In this document: one piece after another, positions 9,191 to 17,391 of the stretch
Position numbering within the stretch: position 1 is the first letter of the stretch
How the letters are laid out: every line of letters begins with the position of its first letter
Source of the DNA: Coleofasciculus chthonoplastes F2-STO-03
GTDB taxonomy: Bacteria; Cyanobacteriota; Cyanobacteriia; Cyanobacteriales; Coleofasciculaceae
Direction of reading: 5' to 3'
Assembly: GCA_040222015.1 (NCBI GenBank)
Contig: JAVJWO010000102.1
Coordinates: forward strand, 1 to 25,177
Length of the DNA stretch: 25,177 bases
Position numbers and translations under genes: made by a program
The notes under the pieces: model-generated
The model's input: the letters and a program-made list of their open reading frames with translations, nothing else
Database searches by the model: none
What the model was told of the DNA's origin: nothing

Positions 9191-12166
9191 TTAATCAACT
9201 CCTTCAATTGGGGCAAACCCCTGACGCTGAATATTTTCCGTAATCGTGCGCGGTTCTAAAAATTGGAGTAAATAATCGGGTCCCCCCGCTTTAGAACCTA
9301 CCCCTGATAGTTTAAACCCACCAAAGGGTTGGCGCGAAACAATCGCCCCGGTAATCGTGCGGTTAATATAGAGATTGCCAACTTCAAACTCGGTAGATGC
9401 CTGATCAATATGGGACGGTGTGCGAGAATATAATCCTCCCGTCAGCGCATAATTTGTCCCATTTGCCACAGCCAGGGCGTCTGGAAAATCTTTAACCCGA
9501 ATCACCGCTACCACAGGACCAAAGATTTCCGCTTGGGCAATTTTGGCATCCGGTGAAACGTTGGTAAAAATCGTGGGACTCACAAAATAACCCGTTTCGG
9601 GGACTTCACATTCCACCGCAATTTCTGCCTCTTGCCGCCCTTTTTCAATATAGTCCTGAATCCGATTTCTGGCAGTAGCATCAATCACTGGACCAACTTG
9701 GGTACTGGGTAATTCTGCCGCACCAATATTGAGCGATCGCGTGGCTTCGATTAATCGTTCGACAACGGTATCATAGATAGGGTCGAGCACGATTACCCGT
9801 GAACAGGCGGAACATTTTTGACCACTATACCCAAATGCCGACTTCACCACTCCCGCCACGGCTTGATCTAAATCCGCACTCTCATCGACAATAATCGCAT
9901 TCTTTCCCCCCATCTCGGCAATCACCCGTTTCAGGTGCTTTTGACTCGGTTGAACTATCGCAGCATCGGCGTAAATCCGACATCCCACCTCTTGGGAACC
10001 AGTGAAGGCGATTAAATGAGTATCGGGATGCTTCACCATATACGCCCCCACAAGGGAACCCTTACCGGGAACATATTGAAACACACCCTTCGGAATTCCG
10101 GCTGCGACTAAAATTTCTGCCAGTTTCGCTGCAATCACGGATGAGGTTTCGGCGGGTTTAAGTAAGGTACAATTTCCCGTGACTAATGCGGCTACCGTCA
10201 TTCCTGTGGCAATTGCCAAGGGGAAATTCCAGGGAGAAATCACGACTGCAATTCCTCTAGGTTGGTAAACATAGCGATTGGTTTCCCCAGCCACATCATA
10301 GATATACCCGCCTTCTAGCCGTTCCATCTCATCCGCATAGTAACGGCAAAAGTCGATGGCTTCGGAGACTTCTCCATCGGCTTCCCGTAAGGCTTTGCCG
10401 ACTTCTAAGCATATCCAGGCGGAAAGTTCTTCCCGGCGCCCTTCCATTAATTCCGCTGCTTGACGCAGAATATCCGCCCGTTGTTTAACCGGGGTGCGAC
10501 GCCATCCGGGAAAGGCGGCTTTGGCGGCGTTTAAGGCAGTTTCGGCTTGGTCGATGGAGAGTAATCCGACTTTACCAATAATTTCACTGGGATTGGCAGG
10601 ATTAACGGAATCAACGGTTTCGGTTGTGGGTTGATAGTCGCCGTTGATTAAGGGATAGTAGGTTTTACCCAATTGTTGGCGCACGGTTTGCAGGGCGGTT
10701 TGGGATTTTTCGCGGGCGTCGGCTTGGGCGTAATCGGTATCCGGGGCGTTGGCAAATTGTAGAGACGCGCCATGGCGCGTCTCTACAGGTTCATCCACAA
10801 CCGGAGGGGCGATTAATTCCTCAACCGGGCGTTCTTCTAAACTTTGGCGTAGGAAGGAACTATTGGCGGTATTTTCTAGTAAGCGGCGAATCAGATATGC
10901 CATTCCGGGTAAGAGTTCCCCGTAAGGTGCATAAACCCGCACCCGATGTCCCCGTTGCACTAAGGCTTTTGCCAGTTGATCTCCCATTCCGTATAGAACT
11001 TGCATCTCGAAGTGGCGACGGGGGATATTTAACTGTTCTGCAATGGCGATGGCTTTGGCTTGCGATCGCACGTTATGTGATCCGATGGCAGCATAGAGAT
11101 ACTGGTGATTTTCTAGCAATAGCTGAGTCATCGCCTCGAAATTGGCATCGGTGGCGCTTTTTTGGTTATATACGGGTTGTTGCCAATGGTTTTGTAAGGA
11201 TTTAATGGTTTCCTGATCCCAATATGCCCCTTTAACTAAACGCACGGTGAGGGGCTTGCCCCGTTGTTTTGCCCAGGTGATAATATCGTTTAAATCCTCT
11301 TTAGAGTCTCGCAGATAGGCTTGGAGGGTAATGCCTAAATCCGTGCGATCGCGGAATTCGTTTTCCATCAACAATTCTTTGAGAATGCCCAGAGTCATGT
11401 CCTTATAGACATACTGTTCCATATCAAAGTGAACCGCCGCCCCCAATTCCTTAGCACGACGTAACAGAATCCGGATGCGATCGCACACCTGTTTTTTGCT
11501 ACCCTCTGGATCAAGGGGGTCAAATTGGGAATAGAATGCGGTTAACTTGACAGAAACTTGAACTCGTGGTAATTCTTCCCCATCGGCTTGGTCAATTGGC
11601 GGCACCGTTGACCAATTTTTCCCTTCCTGAGTCAACTGTTCCATCAAATCCAGATAGCGTTCCAGATACGACTGGGCGTCGGCTTCGGTAATCACGGCTT
11701 CCCCCAGTAAATCTAGGGTAAATGCCATCTTATCTTTCCGCAGGCGTTCAATTGTTTTAATTACCTGCTTAATCGTTGCCCCAGCGATATACTTATTCGC
11801 TAAGGTTTCCACCGCCGTGGATACCGTTGACGCCGCTAATTGTCCCGGCATCGAGTCAGGATTAGCAAAGTTGAGTAAATTTTTCAGGGCAGTGGGAAGT
11901 TCTACGGATTCATCCCCTAAATAGTCTTGCAAATGACGGGCAATCTCAGTCTTACTCTGGAGGGCGGGTAAGGCATCAATGAAGCGAAAAAGCTGCACCC
12001 GCAAACCTGGATTACTCATCGCCCAGGCTAGGAGTTTATCATCCCAGCGCATTTGATCACGCATTTGGGCAAAAAAGGAGCGTTTTTGCCGAGTGGCGTC
12101 GAGAAGCTGTTTGGCAATTTCGATGGTTTGGGTTTCGTAGATGCTGTTGGCGACTTGTACAACCAC
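9191..12166 (-). CDS. putA: Bifunctional proline dehydrogenase / P5C dehydrogenase
   Basis: PRODH motifs DLLGEA, RLVKGAYWD and YLIRRLLEN. ALDH motifs ISPWNFP, FTGS, EMGGKN, GQKCSAC, EIFGPV and QPFGG. Probable GTG start at 12166 with AGGAG upstream. Confidence 0.96.
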   Translation of the reverse strand: MVVQVANSIYETQTIEIAKQLLDATRQKRSFFAQMRDQMRWDDKLLAWAMSNPGLRVQLFRFIDALPALQSKTEIARHLQDYLGDESVELPTALKNLLNFANPDSMPGQLAASTVSTAVETLANKYIAGATIKQVIKTIERLRKDKMAFTLDLLGEAVITEADAQSYLERYLDLMEQLTQEGKNWSTVPPIDQADGEELPRVQVSVKLTAFYSQFDPLDPEGSKKQVCDRIRILLRRAKELGAAVHFDMEQYVYKDMTLGILKELLMENEFRDRTDLGITLQAYLRDSKEDLNDIITWAKQRGKPLTVRLVKGAYWDQETIKSLQNHWQQPVYNQKSATDANFEAMTQLLLENHQYLYAAIGSHNVRSQAKAIAIAEQLNIPRRHFEMQVLYGMGDQLAKALVQRGHRVRVYAPYGELLPGMAYLIRRLLENTANSSFLRQSLEERPVEELIAPPVVDEPVETRHGASLQFANAPDTDYAQADAREKSQTALQTVRQQLGKTYYPLINGDYQPTTETVDSVNPANPSEIIGKVGLLSIDQAETALNAAKAAFPGWRRTPVKQRADILRQAAELMEGRREELSAWICLEVGKALREADGEVSEAIDFCRYYADEMERLEGGYIYDVAGETNRYVYQPRGIAVVISPWNFPLAIATGMTVAALVTGNCTLLKPAETSSVIAAKLAEILVAAGIPKGVFQYVPGKGSLVGAYMVKHPDTHLIAFTGSQEVGCRIYADAAIVQPSQKHLKRVIAEMGGKNAIIVDESADLDQAVAGVVKSAFGYSGQKCSACSRVIVLDPIYDTVVERLIEATRSLNIGAAELPSTQVGPVIDATARNRIQDYIEKGRQEAEIAVECEVPETGYFVSPTIFTNVSPDAKIAQAEIFGPVVAVIRVKDFPDALAVANGTNYALTGGLYSRTPSHIDQASTEFEVGNLYINRTITGAIVSRQPFGGFKLSGVGSKAGGPDYLLQFLEPRTITENIQRQGFAPIEGVD
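10758..10787. repeat. Perfect 30-bp GTAG-type palindrome inside putA
   Basis: TGTAGAGACGCGCCATGGCGCGTCTCTACA is its own reverse complement. Confidence 0.95.
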
Positions 12167-12266
12167 GGGCGGGTAGACTCCTAGATTCTGGACTAAAGCA
12201 TTTATCTGGAACTCTTTATTATATCCGGCTAGAGCCAATCGTGCAGGTTTGTCGCCTAATCGGGAT

Positions 12267-12573
12267 TCATATCATGTCCATGCGCTCAACCTTCCCTTGA
12301 CAACAGCAACAGAGGAAGTAAAAGCGAATGCTATCCTAGTCTGGCTTAATCACCTTGCTTAGACGCGATCGCAACTTAGTCTACCAACTATCACTCAAAC
12401 TGCACTCAAACACACTATACTCCATCCACCACCCCATACCCACCACTTAAGCTGAGAACCAAAGCTTAAAGTAATTGTACTCAACTCATTACAAGAAACC
12501 GTAGGGGCGCATGGCGTGCGCCCATAAAATCGACAAATCCAATCCATCAGTTTAGTTGTGTCATATCATGTCC
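12267..12573 (+). repeat. 13-bp direct repeat TCATATCATGTCC (12267-12279 and 12561-12573)
   Basis: Exact match read from the sequence. A degenerate third copy lies near 12332-12355. Confidence 0.75.
12501..12523. repeat. GTAG-type REP-like palindrome
   Basis: GTAG-GGGCGCA-TGGCG-TGCGCCC. Confidence 0.75.
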
Positions 12574-12596
12574 GGCTTTCTCACCTATAATAAACA

Positions 12597-13214
12597 ATGT
12601 TTTCCTCTTTCAAACCAGACAATCACATTTTTCGATCATCCCAGTTTCAACAGGTAATTCAAGACGCTGTAGACTTTCTCCTCTCCACACCCGTTCAACC
12701 CTTACCGCCATCAGAGACATTTACAGGTGCAGGACTTTACCTCCTGTACTACACAGGTCATTTTCCACCCTATAGTGCGATCGCGCAAGCAAATAACCAT
12801 AACATTTCCACACCAATTTATGCGGGGAAAGCCGTTCCGAGTGGTTGGCGACAAGCCCGAACCCCATCTAAAAAGATAGCGACTCTTTATCGTCGTTTAA
12901 ACGAACATGGAACCAGTATCAGAGCAGCACAGAACCTAAACTTAACAGATTTCTCATGTCGTTTTGTCATTCTAGCAGGCGATGAGAGTAGTATGATTTC
13001 TGCAGTTGAAGCGGTACTAATTCGTCAATATCGACCCCTATGGAATAGTGTTATCGATGGCTTTGGAAATCATGATCCAGGGATTAACCGTTATGGACAA
13101 CTGCTTGCTGAATGGGACACCTTGCACCCAGGTCGAAGTTGGGAAAGAAAATGGCAAGGTCAACGTCCTAATCGTGATCAACTAATCGAAAAGATTCAAA
13201 ACTATTTTGGCTGA
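12597..13214 (+). CDS. Eco29kI-family GIY-YIG restriction endonuclease
   Basis: Motifs GAGLYLLYY, PIYAGKA, LYRRLNEH, AVEAVLI and PLWN..IDGFGNHDPG. Residues Y48, Y75, R100, H104, E138 and N150 have the spacing of the Eco29kI catalytic set. Confidence 0.9.
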   Translation: MFSSFKPDNHIFRSSQFQQVIQDAVDFLLSTPVQPLPPSETFTGAGLYLLYYTGHFPPYSAIAQANNHNISTPIYAGKAVPSGWRQARTPSKKIATLYRRLNEHGTSIRAAQNLNLTDFSCRFVILAGDESSMISAVEAVLIRQYRPLWNSVIDGFGNHDPGINRYGQLLAEWDTLHPGRSWERKWQGQRPNRDQLIEKIQNYFG

Positions 13215-14545
13215 CGCAATTCAACCACCGATTCGTACAATCGACAAGCATTATCCGCTTTGGTAACCCGCACATTTGACTGAATAATACTATTTCCCAC
13301 GCGAGTATCTCGTGGCGTGTTTATACTGACAAACTCAAGACCCGACTGTTTAGCAATTTTACCTAAATAAACATCGGTGGGGAACATTACTCCTTGCAAA
13401 ATACTATTCCCAATCACCACAAATGCCGAACCACTCGGCTTGAGAACGTATCGAAGTCCCTGAACAAAACGATAACAATCATTAAAATAAGAGGCGGCAT
13501 AGTTAGCCCATCCATTGCCACCATAAATGCCTCGCTGTGTGTTGACTGTGCGAAGGTAATCAATTTTTTCAATAAGTTCGTCTGGTGGATTGGGAAAATT
13601 TAAATTGACCTGATCTTGAACTCTCACAGTTTGCCAATATTTGCCAAAATTTTGCTGTTCCAAAATCTTAGTGTCATCAGGCTTGTTGACAAAGCCTAGC
13701 CAATAGAGATGGGGGCGAGTGTTGCGAATGTAATGGTAATTATTCAGATAAGGGGGTGATGTAACTGCAAGATCAACTGAATTCGGTTTAAGATACTGTG
13801 GGCAATCAAAAAATGATGCGTTGACAACTTTATTTTTGAAGGAATGACGGGGCAAATTCCTAGAAAGCCATTTAACATCAAAAGCAATTTGATTAAGCTT
13901 TTCAGTGATGACTTCAAAAACTGCAAAATCCGCAATATTCTTTTTACCTGCTGCACGTCTGGTTCCCAAACTGGGTTCATAGGAATAATTCGAGTAATGA
14001 ACCATCGTTGACGCAAACGCCAACCTAAAAATCTCTTGAATCTTCTCATCATCCAGAGAATCAATAAAATCCTGAACAATCAGAACTTTCCGTAAAACAG
14101 TCGGACTATAAAATGCTTGGCGGGTTCGGAATCCCGATGGTGGCTGACTCATCGGCAAATATCCACTCGTCACGCTATGGTCATAAAACGTTTGGAATCG
14201 CCCTATCTCTCTTTGAATATCTTCTGGATTAAGTTTATATGCATTTACTTTAACTCGACAAGCAAAAGCCGCGTAGGGATTAATCTCAAAACCAACACTA
14301 TCATGTCCGATTAATGCTGATTCAACGAGGGTTGTACCCACACCCGCAAAGGGATCAAGAACCGTTCCCGGTTGAGGAAGCTTAGTTTCTACCACGCCGC
14401 GCACAAAAGAACTGGAAAAGCCAGCAATCCAAGGTATCCACCGATGTACGGGTAAAAGCTTGTTGCTGGCAAAACTCGGATCACTGAACACCGATTTATC
14501 TTTGGCGTTCGAGGTTTGAGTCTCTGGAAAAAGTGACAGTTGCAT
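13202..14545 (-). CDS. DNA amino-methyltransferase, probably N4-cytosine, alpha-type motif order
   Basis: SAM-binding motif I (VLDPFAGVGTT) lies near the N-terminus and catalytic motif IV (VTSPPY) about 200 aa later. No C5-MTase PC/ENV motifs. Convergent with the nuclease, overlapping it by 13 bp. Confidence 0.87.
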   Translation of the reverse strand: MQLSLFPETQTSNAKDKSVFSDPSFASNKLLPVHRWIPWIAGFSSSFVRGVVETKLPQPGTVLDPFAGVGTTLVESALIGHDSVGFEINPYAAFACRVKVNAYKLNPEDIQREIGRFQTFYDHSVTSGYLPMSQPPSGFRTRQAFYSPTVLRKVLIVQDFIDSLDDEKIQEIFRLAFASTMVHYSNYSYEPSLGTRRAAGKKNIADFAVFEVITEKLNQIAFDVKWLSRNLPRHSFKNKVVNASFFDCPQYLKPNSVDLAVTSPPYLNNYHYIRNTRPHLYWLGFVNKPDDTKILEQQNFGKYWQTVRVQDQVNLNFPNPPDELIEKIDYLRTVNTQRGIYGGNGWANYAASYFNDCYRFVQGLRYVLKPSGSAFVVIGNSILQGVMFPTDVYLGKIAKQSGLEFVSINTPRDTRVGNSIIQSNVRVTKADNACRLYESVVELRQPK

Positions 14546-14685
14546 TCGATTGATCAGCTTGGCTAATTTTGATGTCGTGATGTTAGTGTAAAGCCAATCA
14601 ATTTACGGTGCAAGTTCCCTATTTTAAGATGTTACCTTTAAAGTATCTCAGTTAACCTCTTAAATTCAGCCATATTCAAGGATTA

Positions 14686-15057
14686 TTACTTGTACAAAAC
14701 CGCCTCTTTCAATGTTGAGATGCGCTCAAGCACGCTGGTGATTTCCTCTTGTGTAAGTCCATACTCAGCCAGTGATTCACCCAAGTGACTGGCAATTGAT
14801 TCAAAGTGTTCCGGTTGTAAGTCTAATCCAGCGTGGGCTTTTTCCATGGAGCGTCCGCTATATTGATTAGAACCTCCCAACGCATGGGAAACAAAAGCGG
14901 TTTGATGACGCCGTTGCTTTTCCATATCAGTGTTAGCAAAAAAGTGATTAACGGTATCATCTGCTAACACACGCTTGTAAAAATCATCCACAATTTGAGC
15001 AACAACTGGCTGTCCGCCTAGCTTCTTGTATAAGGTTATGTTTGGTGATGTAGGCAT
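14686..15057 (-). CDS. glbN: Group I truncated haemoglobin (cyanoglobin)
   Basis: Motifs LYKKLGG, FY (B10 Tyr), HFF, KQRRHQ, LGG, YSGRSMEKAH (proximal His) and HF. Confidence 0.9.
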   Translation of the reverse strand: MPTSPNITLYKKLGGQPVVAQIVDDFYKRVLADDTVNHFFANTDMEKQRRHQTAFVSHALGGSNQYSGRSMEKAHAGLDLQPEHFESIASHLGESLAEYGLTQEEITSVLERISTLKEAVLYK

Positions 15058-15091
15058 ATTCGTTTCTAAAACTTAGCAATTTACATTTGGC

Positions 15092-15097
15092 ATTATA
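15092..15097 (-). promoter_or_regulatory. Candidate -10 element (TATAAT) for glbN
   Basis: Perfect TATAAT on the minus strand, ending 34 nt upstream of the ATG. No clear -35 element. Confidence 0.35.
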
Positions 15098-15258
15098 GCT
15101 CAGTATTGAATGAGGTTACGTCTCTCTAGAGTACAGCAATAGCGGAGTGACGTATCTGCCGTAAGTTGGATGAAAAAAATTCAATTTTATAGGCTTTTGT
15201 TTTAGTTTAAAAAAATTTAAAATTACCACGATGGACTGAAATCAATATCCATTCAGCT

Positions 15259-16620
15259 TTAGCTGACTTTAGTTCTTGGTGGTTGGTGAGACTGAGAATT
15301 ACCCATTGTATCCGTTGGTAGAGGAGAATTGCGGAACATTAAGGTATAAATATCAGTCGGCATTTCGATATTTGCCTGTTGCAGTGCTTCTTTTATACGT
15401 TGACAGACTTGAGATGTCATCGTTAAAAACCCTAATCGCCGCGAATCCACCCAAAACCGCACTTCCAGATTCACCGTACTCGCGGCTAATTCCATTACCA
15501 AAATTTCCGGAGGCGGTTCTTTTTCTAACCCTGGAAGTGAGGACAGAGTAGTTTTAATCACTTGTTTGGCATGGCTAATATCGGCATCATAGTCAATACC
15601 AACCCTAACGGAACTACGACGGCGCGGCGAAGCAGTATTATTAATAATACTGGCAGAGAATACTTCTTGATTCGGAATATAAACTAACCGCCCATCATAG
15701 GTTCTCATCGTCGTTGCCCGCAGGTCAATCTGAGTAATCGTACCCTCATAATCGCCAATAACTACCTGATCATTAATCCCAAAGGGTCGAGCCGCGAGTA
15801 AAATCACCCCAGAGATATAATTACTCAAGACATCTTTGAGACTGAAACCAATCGCCACACTGGTGAGTCCTAATGCCCCTAATAACGCCCCAAAGTTTAA
15901 ACCTAAAACCCCTAAAGAAACAACTGAACCCAGTACCCAGACACCACCATAACCCAAGCGTCCAATCAGAATTTCCGTACTGCGATCGCCTTCCGTCCGT
16001 TGCGCCCAACTAAAGCCAATAAACCGCACCCCTTTCGCCACTCCCCAGGTAATCCCAACCATAACCATCGCCCCTAATAAAGAAGGGAGATTTGTTATAA
16101 TATCCCGTAAAAGTTGCCGCACTGTTCCATAGAGACGCTGTCCCACATCAATCGCTAAGGGCGGTTTTTTTATTGCCAGATTCAATTGTTCTGCCCATCT
16201 CTCGGCTAAAGCTTCCACAGACAAACCAAAATCTTGGGCATCTTGCTGAGTAACCGTCATTAATACTCGGTTATTCAATCGCAAGGTTGCCACTTGGCGA
16301 GGGTCATCCGGTTTAACAGTTACCTGTCCTAAAGTTTCTGATTGTGCCAAAAGACTGTTAACCCGCCGATTGATAATTTTTGCCCGTTCTCTTGCGCCCA
16401 GATCTGCAAGGCTACCCACTTGGAATACAGGTCTACCTCTAACCAAAATATCGGCAAAATAGACTTCACTATCGGTATTACCAAGGGATGAATTCGCATC
16501 AGCGGGAATAGGAACCATCTCATCTTGAGCAACACTCCGGTGAGGACTAGCCAAGAAAAGAAATCCAGTGGCGAAGATGACAAGGGTGAATCGACGTGAA
16601 CCGTTAAGTAGGATTTTCAT
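15259..16620 (-). CDS. MscS-family mechanosensitive channel with exported N-terminal domain
   Basis: Signal-like N-terminus and three transmembrane segments, then AIGFSLKDVLSNYISG, RPFGIND, DGRLVYIPN and VGIDYDAD. Confidence 0.92.
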   Translation of the reverse strand: MKILLNGSRRFTLVIFATGFLFLASPHRSVAQDEMVPIPADANSSLGNTDSEVYFADILVRGRPVFQVGSLADLGARERAKIINRRVNSLLAQSETLGQVTVKPDDPRQVATLRLNNRVLMTVTQQDAQDFGLSVEALAERWAEQLNLAIKKPPLAIDVGQRLYGTVRQLLRDIITNLPSLLGAMVMVGITWGVAKGVRFIGFSWAQRTEGDRSTEILIGRLGYGGVWVLGSVVSLGVLGLNFGALLGALGLTSVAIGFSLKDVLSNYISGVILLAARPFGINDQVVIGDYEGTITQIDLRATTMRTYDGRLVYIPNQEVFSASIINNTASPRRRSSVRVGIDYDADISHAKQVIKTTLSSLPGLEKEPPPEILVMELAASTVNLEVRFWVDSRRLGFLTMTSQVCQRIKEALQQANIEMPTDIYTLMFRNSPLPTDTMGNSQSHQPPRTKVS

Positions 16621-16762
16621 GAATGGTCAGTTTTCAGCGTTTTGAACAGATTTAGCCAAAACAGAGTAAATTACCCATCCCTCGTTTGACTTCTAGCTAC
16701 AGACAGGTAATTGAAAACAATACCAAATCCGGGGAACGCTACCCCCTTTATGGGTGTTCAAT

Positions 16763-16825
16763 GGGGTGTGGGGTGTGGGGTGTGGGGTGTGGGGTGTGGG
16801 GTGTGGGGTGTGGGGTGTGGGGTGT
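16763..16825. repeat. Heptamer array (GGGGTGT)x9
   Basis: Nine perfect copies. Confidence 0.97.
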
Positions 16826-16883
16826 GGAGAATAGCCGCCAAAGGATAAAGGGGGTGACAAAGGCGGATTGGGTATTATAACCC

Positions 16884-16929
16884 AGTCCGCGCAGGCGGAC
16901 TTTGTTTGTGTAGCAGCGATTTCAATCGC
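16884..16929. repeat. Two-hairpin short dispersed repeat
   Basis: AGTCCGC-GCAG-GCGGACT followed by GCGATT-TC-AATCGC, a layout recurrent in cyanobacterial intergenic DNA. Confidence 0.6.
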
Positions 16930-16958
16930 CTCCTCAAAGCTGTTCAACATGGCTGTGT

Positions 16959-17306
16959 CTAAGGATTGCCACTGGTGATGCGAAGAATTTTATCTTTGTC
17001 AGGGGGGCAATTCCCGCGTCCATCGCAGTTGCTCGTGGTAACATAAAGCTCACCGTCGGGTCCCATAATCACTTCCCTAAACCGACCCAACTCATTTTGA
17101 AAATACACTTCATGACTCTGAACCTGATAGGGAGACTGTGGCTCAAAGGTAACGCGATGCAGATGAGACGCACCCAAGACACCCATTAACAGACTACCCC
17201 GCCACTCTGGAATCGTATCCCCCGTATAAATGGCGGCTCCACCTGGAGGTACGGCTTCCTCCCAACTCAGAGAAGGAGGTATCATCCCTTCTTGATCTTG
17301 ACAACC
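16959..17306 (-). pseudogene. C-terminal fragment of a PQQ-dependent (glucose/sorbosone-type) sugar dehydrogenase
   Basis: PPGGAAIYTGDTIPEWRGSLL and GRFREVIMGPDGELYVTTSN..GRG...DKILRI match the last beta-propeller blades. An in-frame TGA lies just upstream of GCQDQEG and cysS ends at 17392, leaving no room for the 5' part. Confidence 0.8.
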
Positions 17307-17391
17307 ATTGTTTCAAAACCATTAAGCAAATCCGTCCCTCCAAGGGAGGATTAGCCGTACAGATCCTGATCAAGCAACGACTCCTGAACAT

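Noticed and set aside
16686..16950. ORFs with GVWGVGC and PHTPHPT repeats
   Set aside because: They are products of the (GGGGTGT)n tract on each strand.
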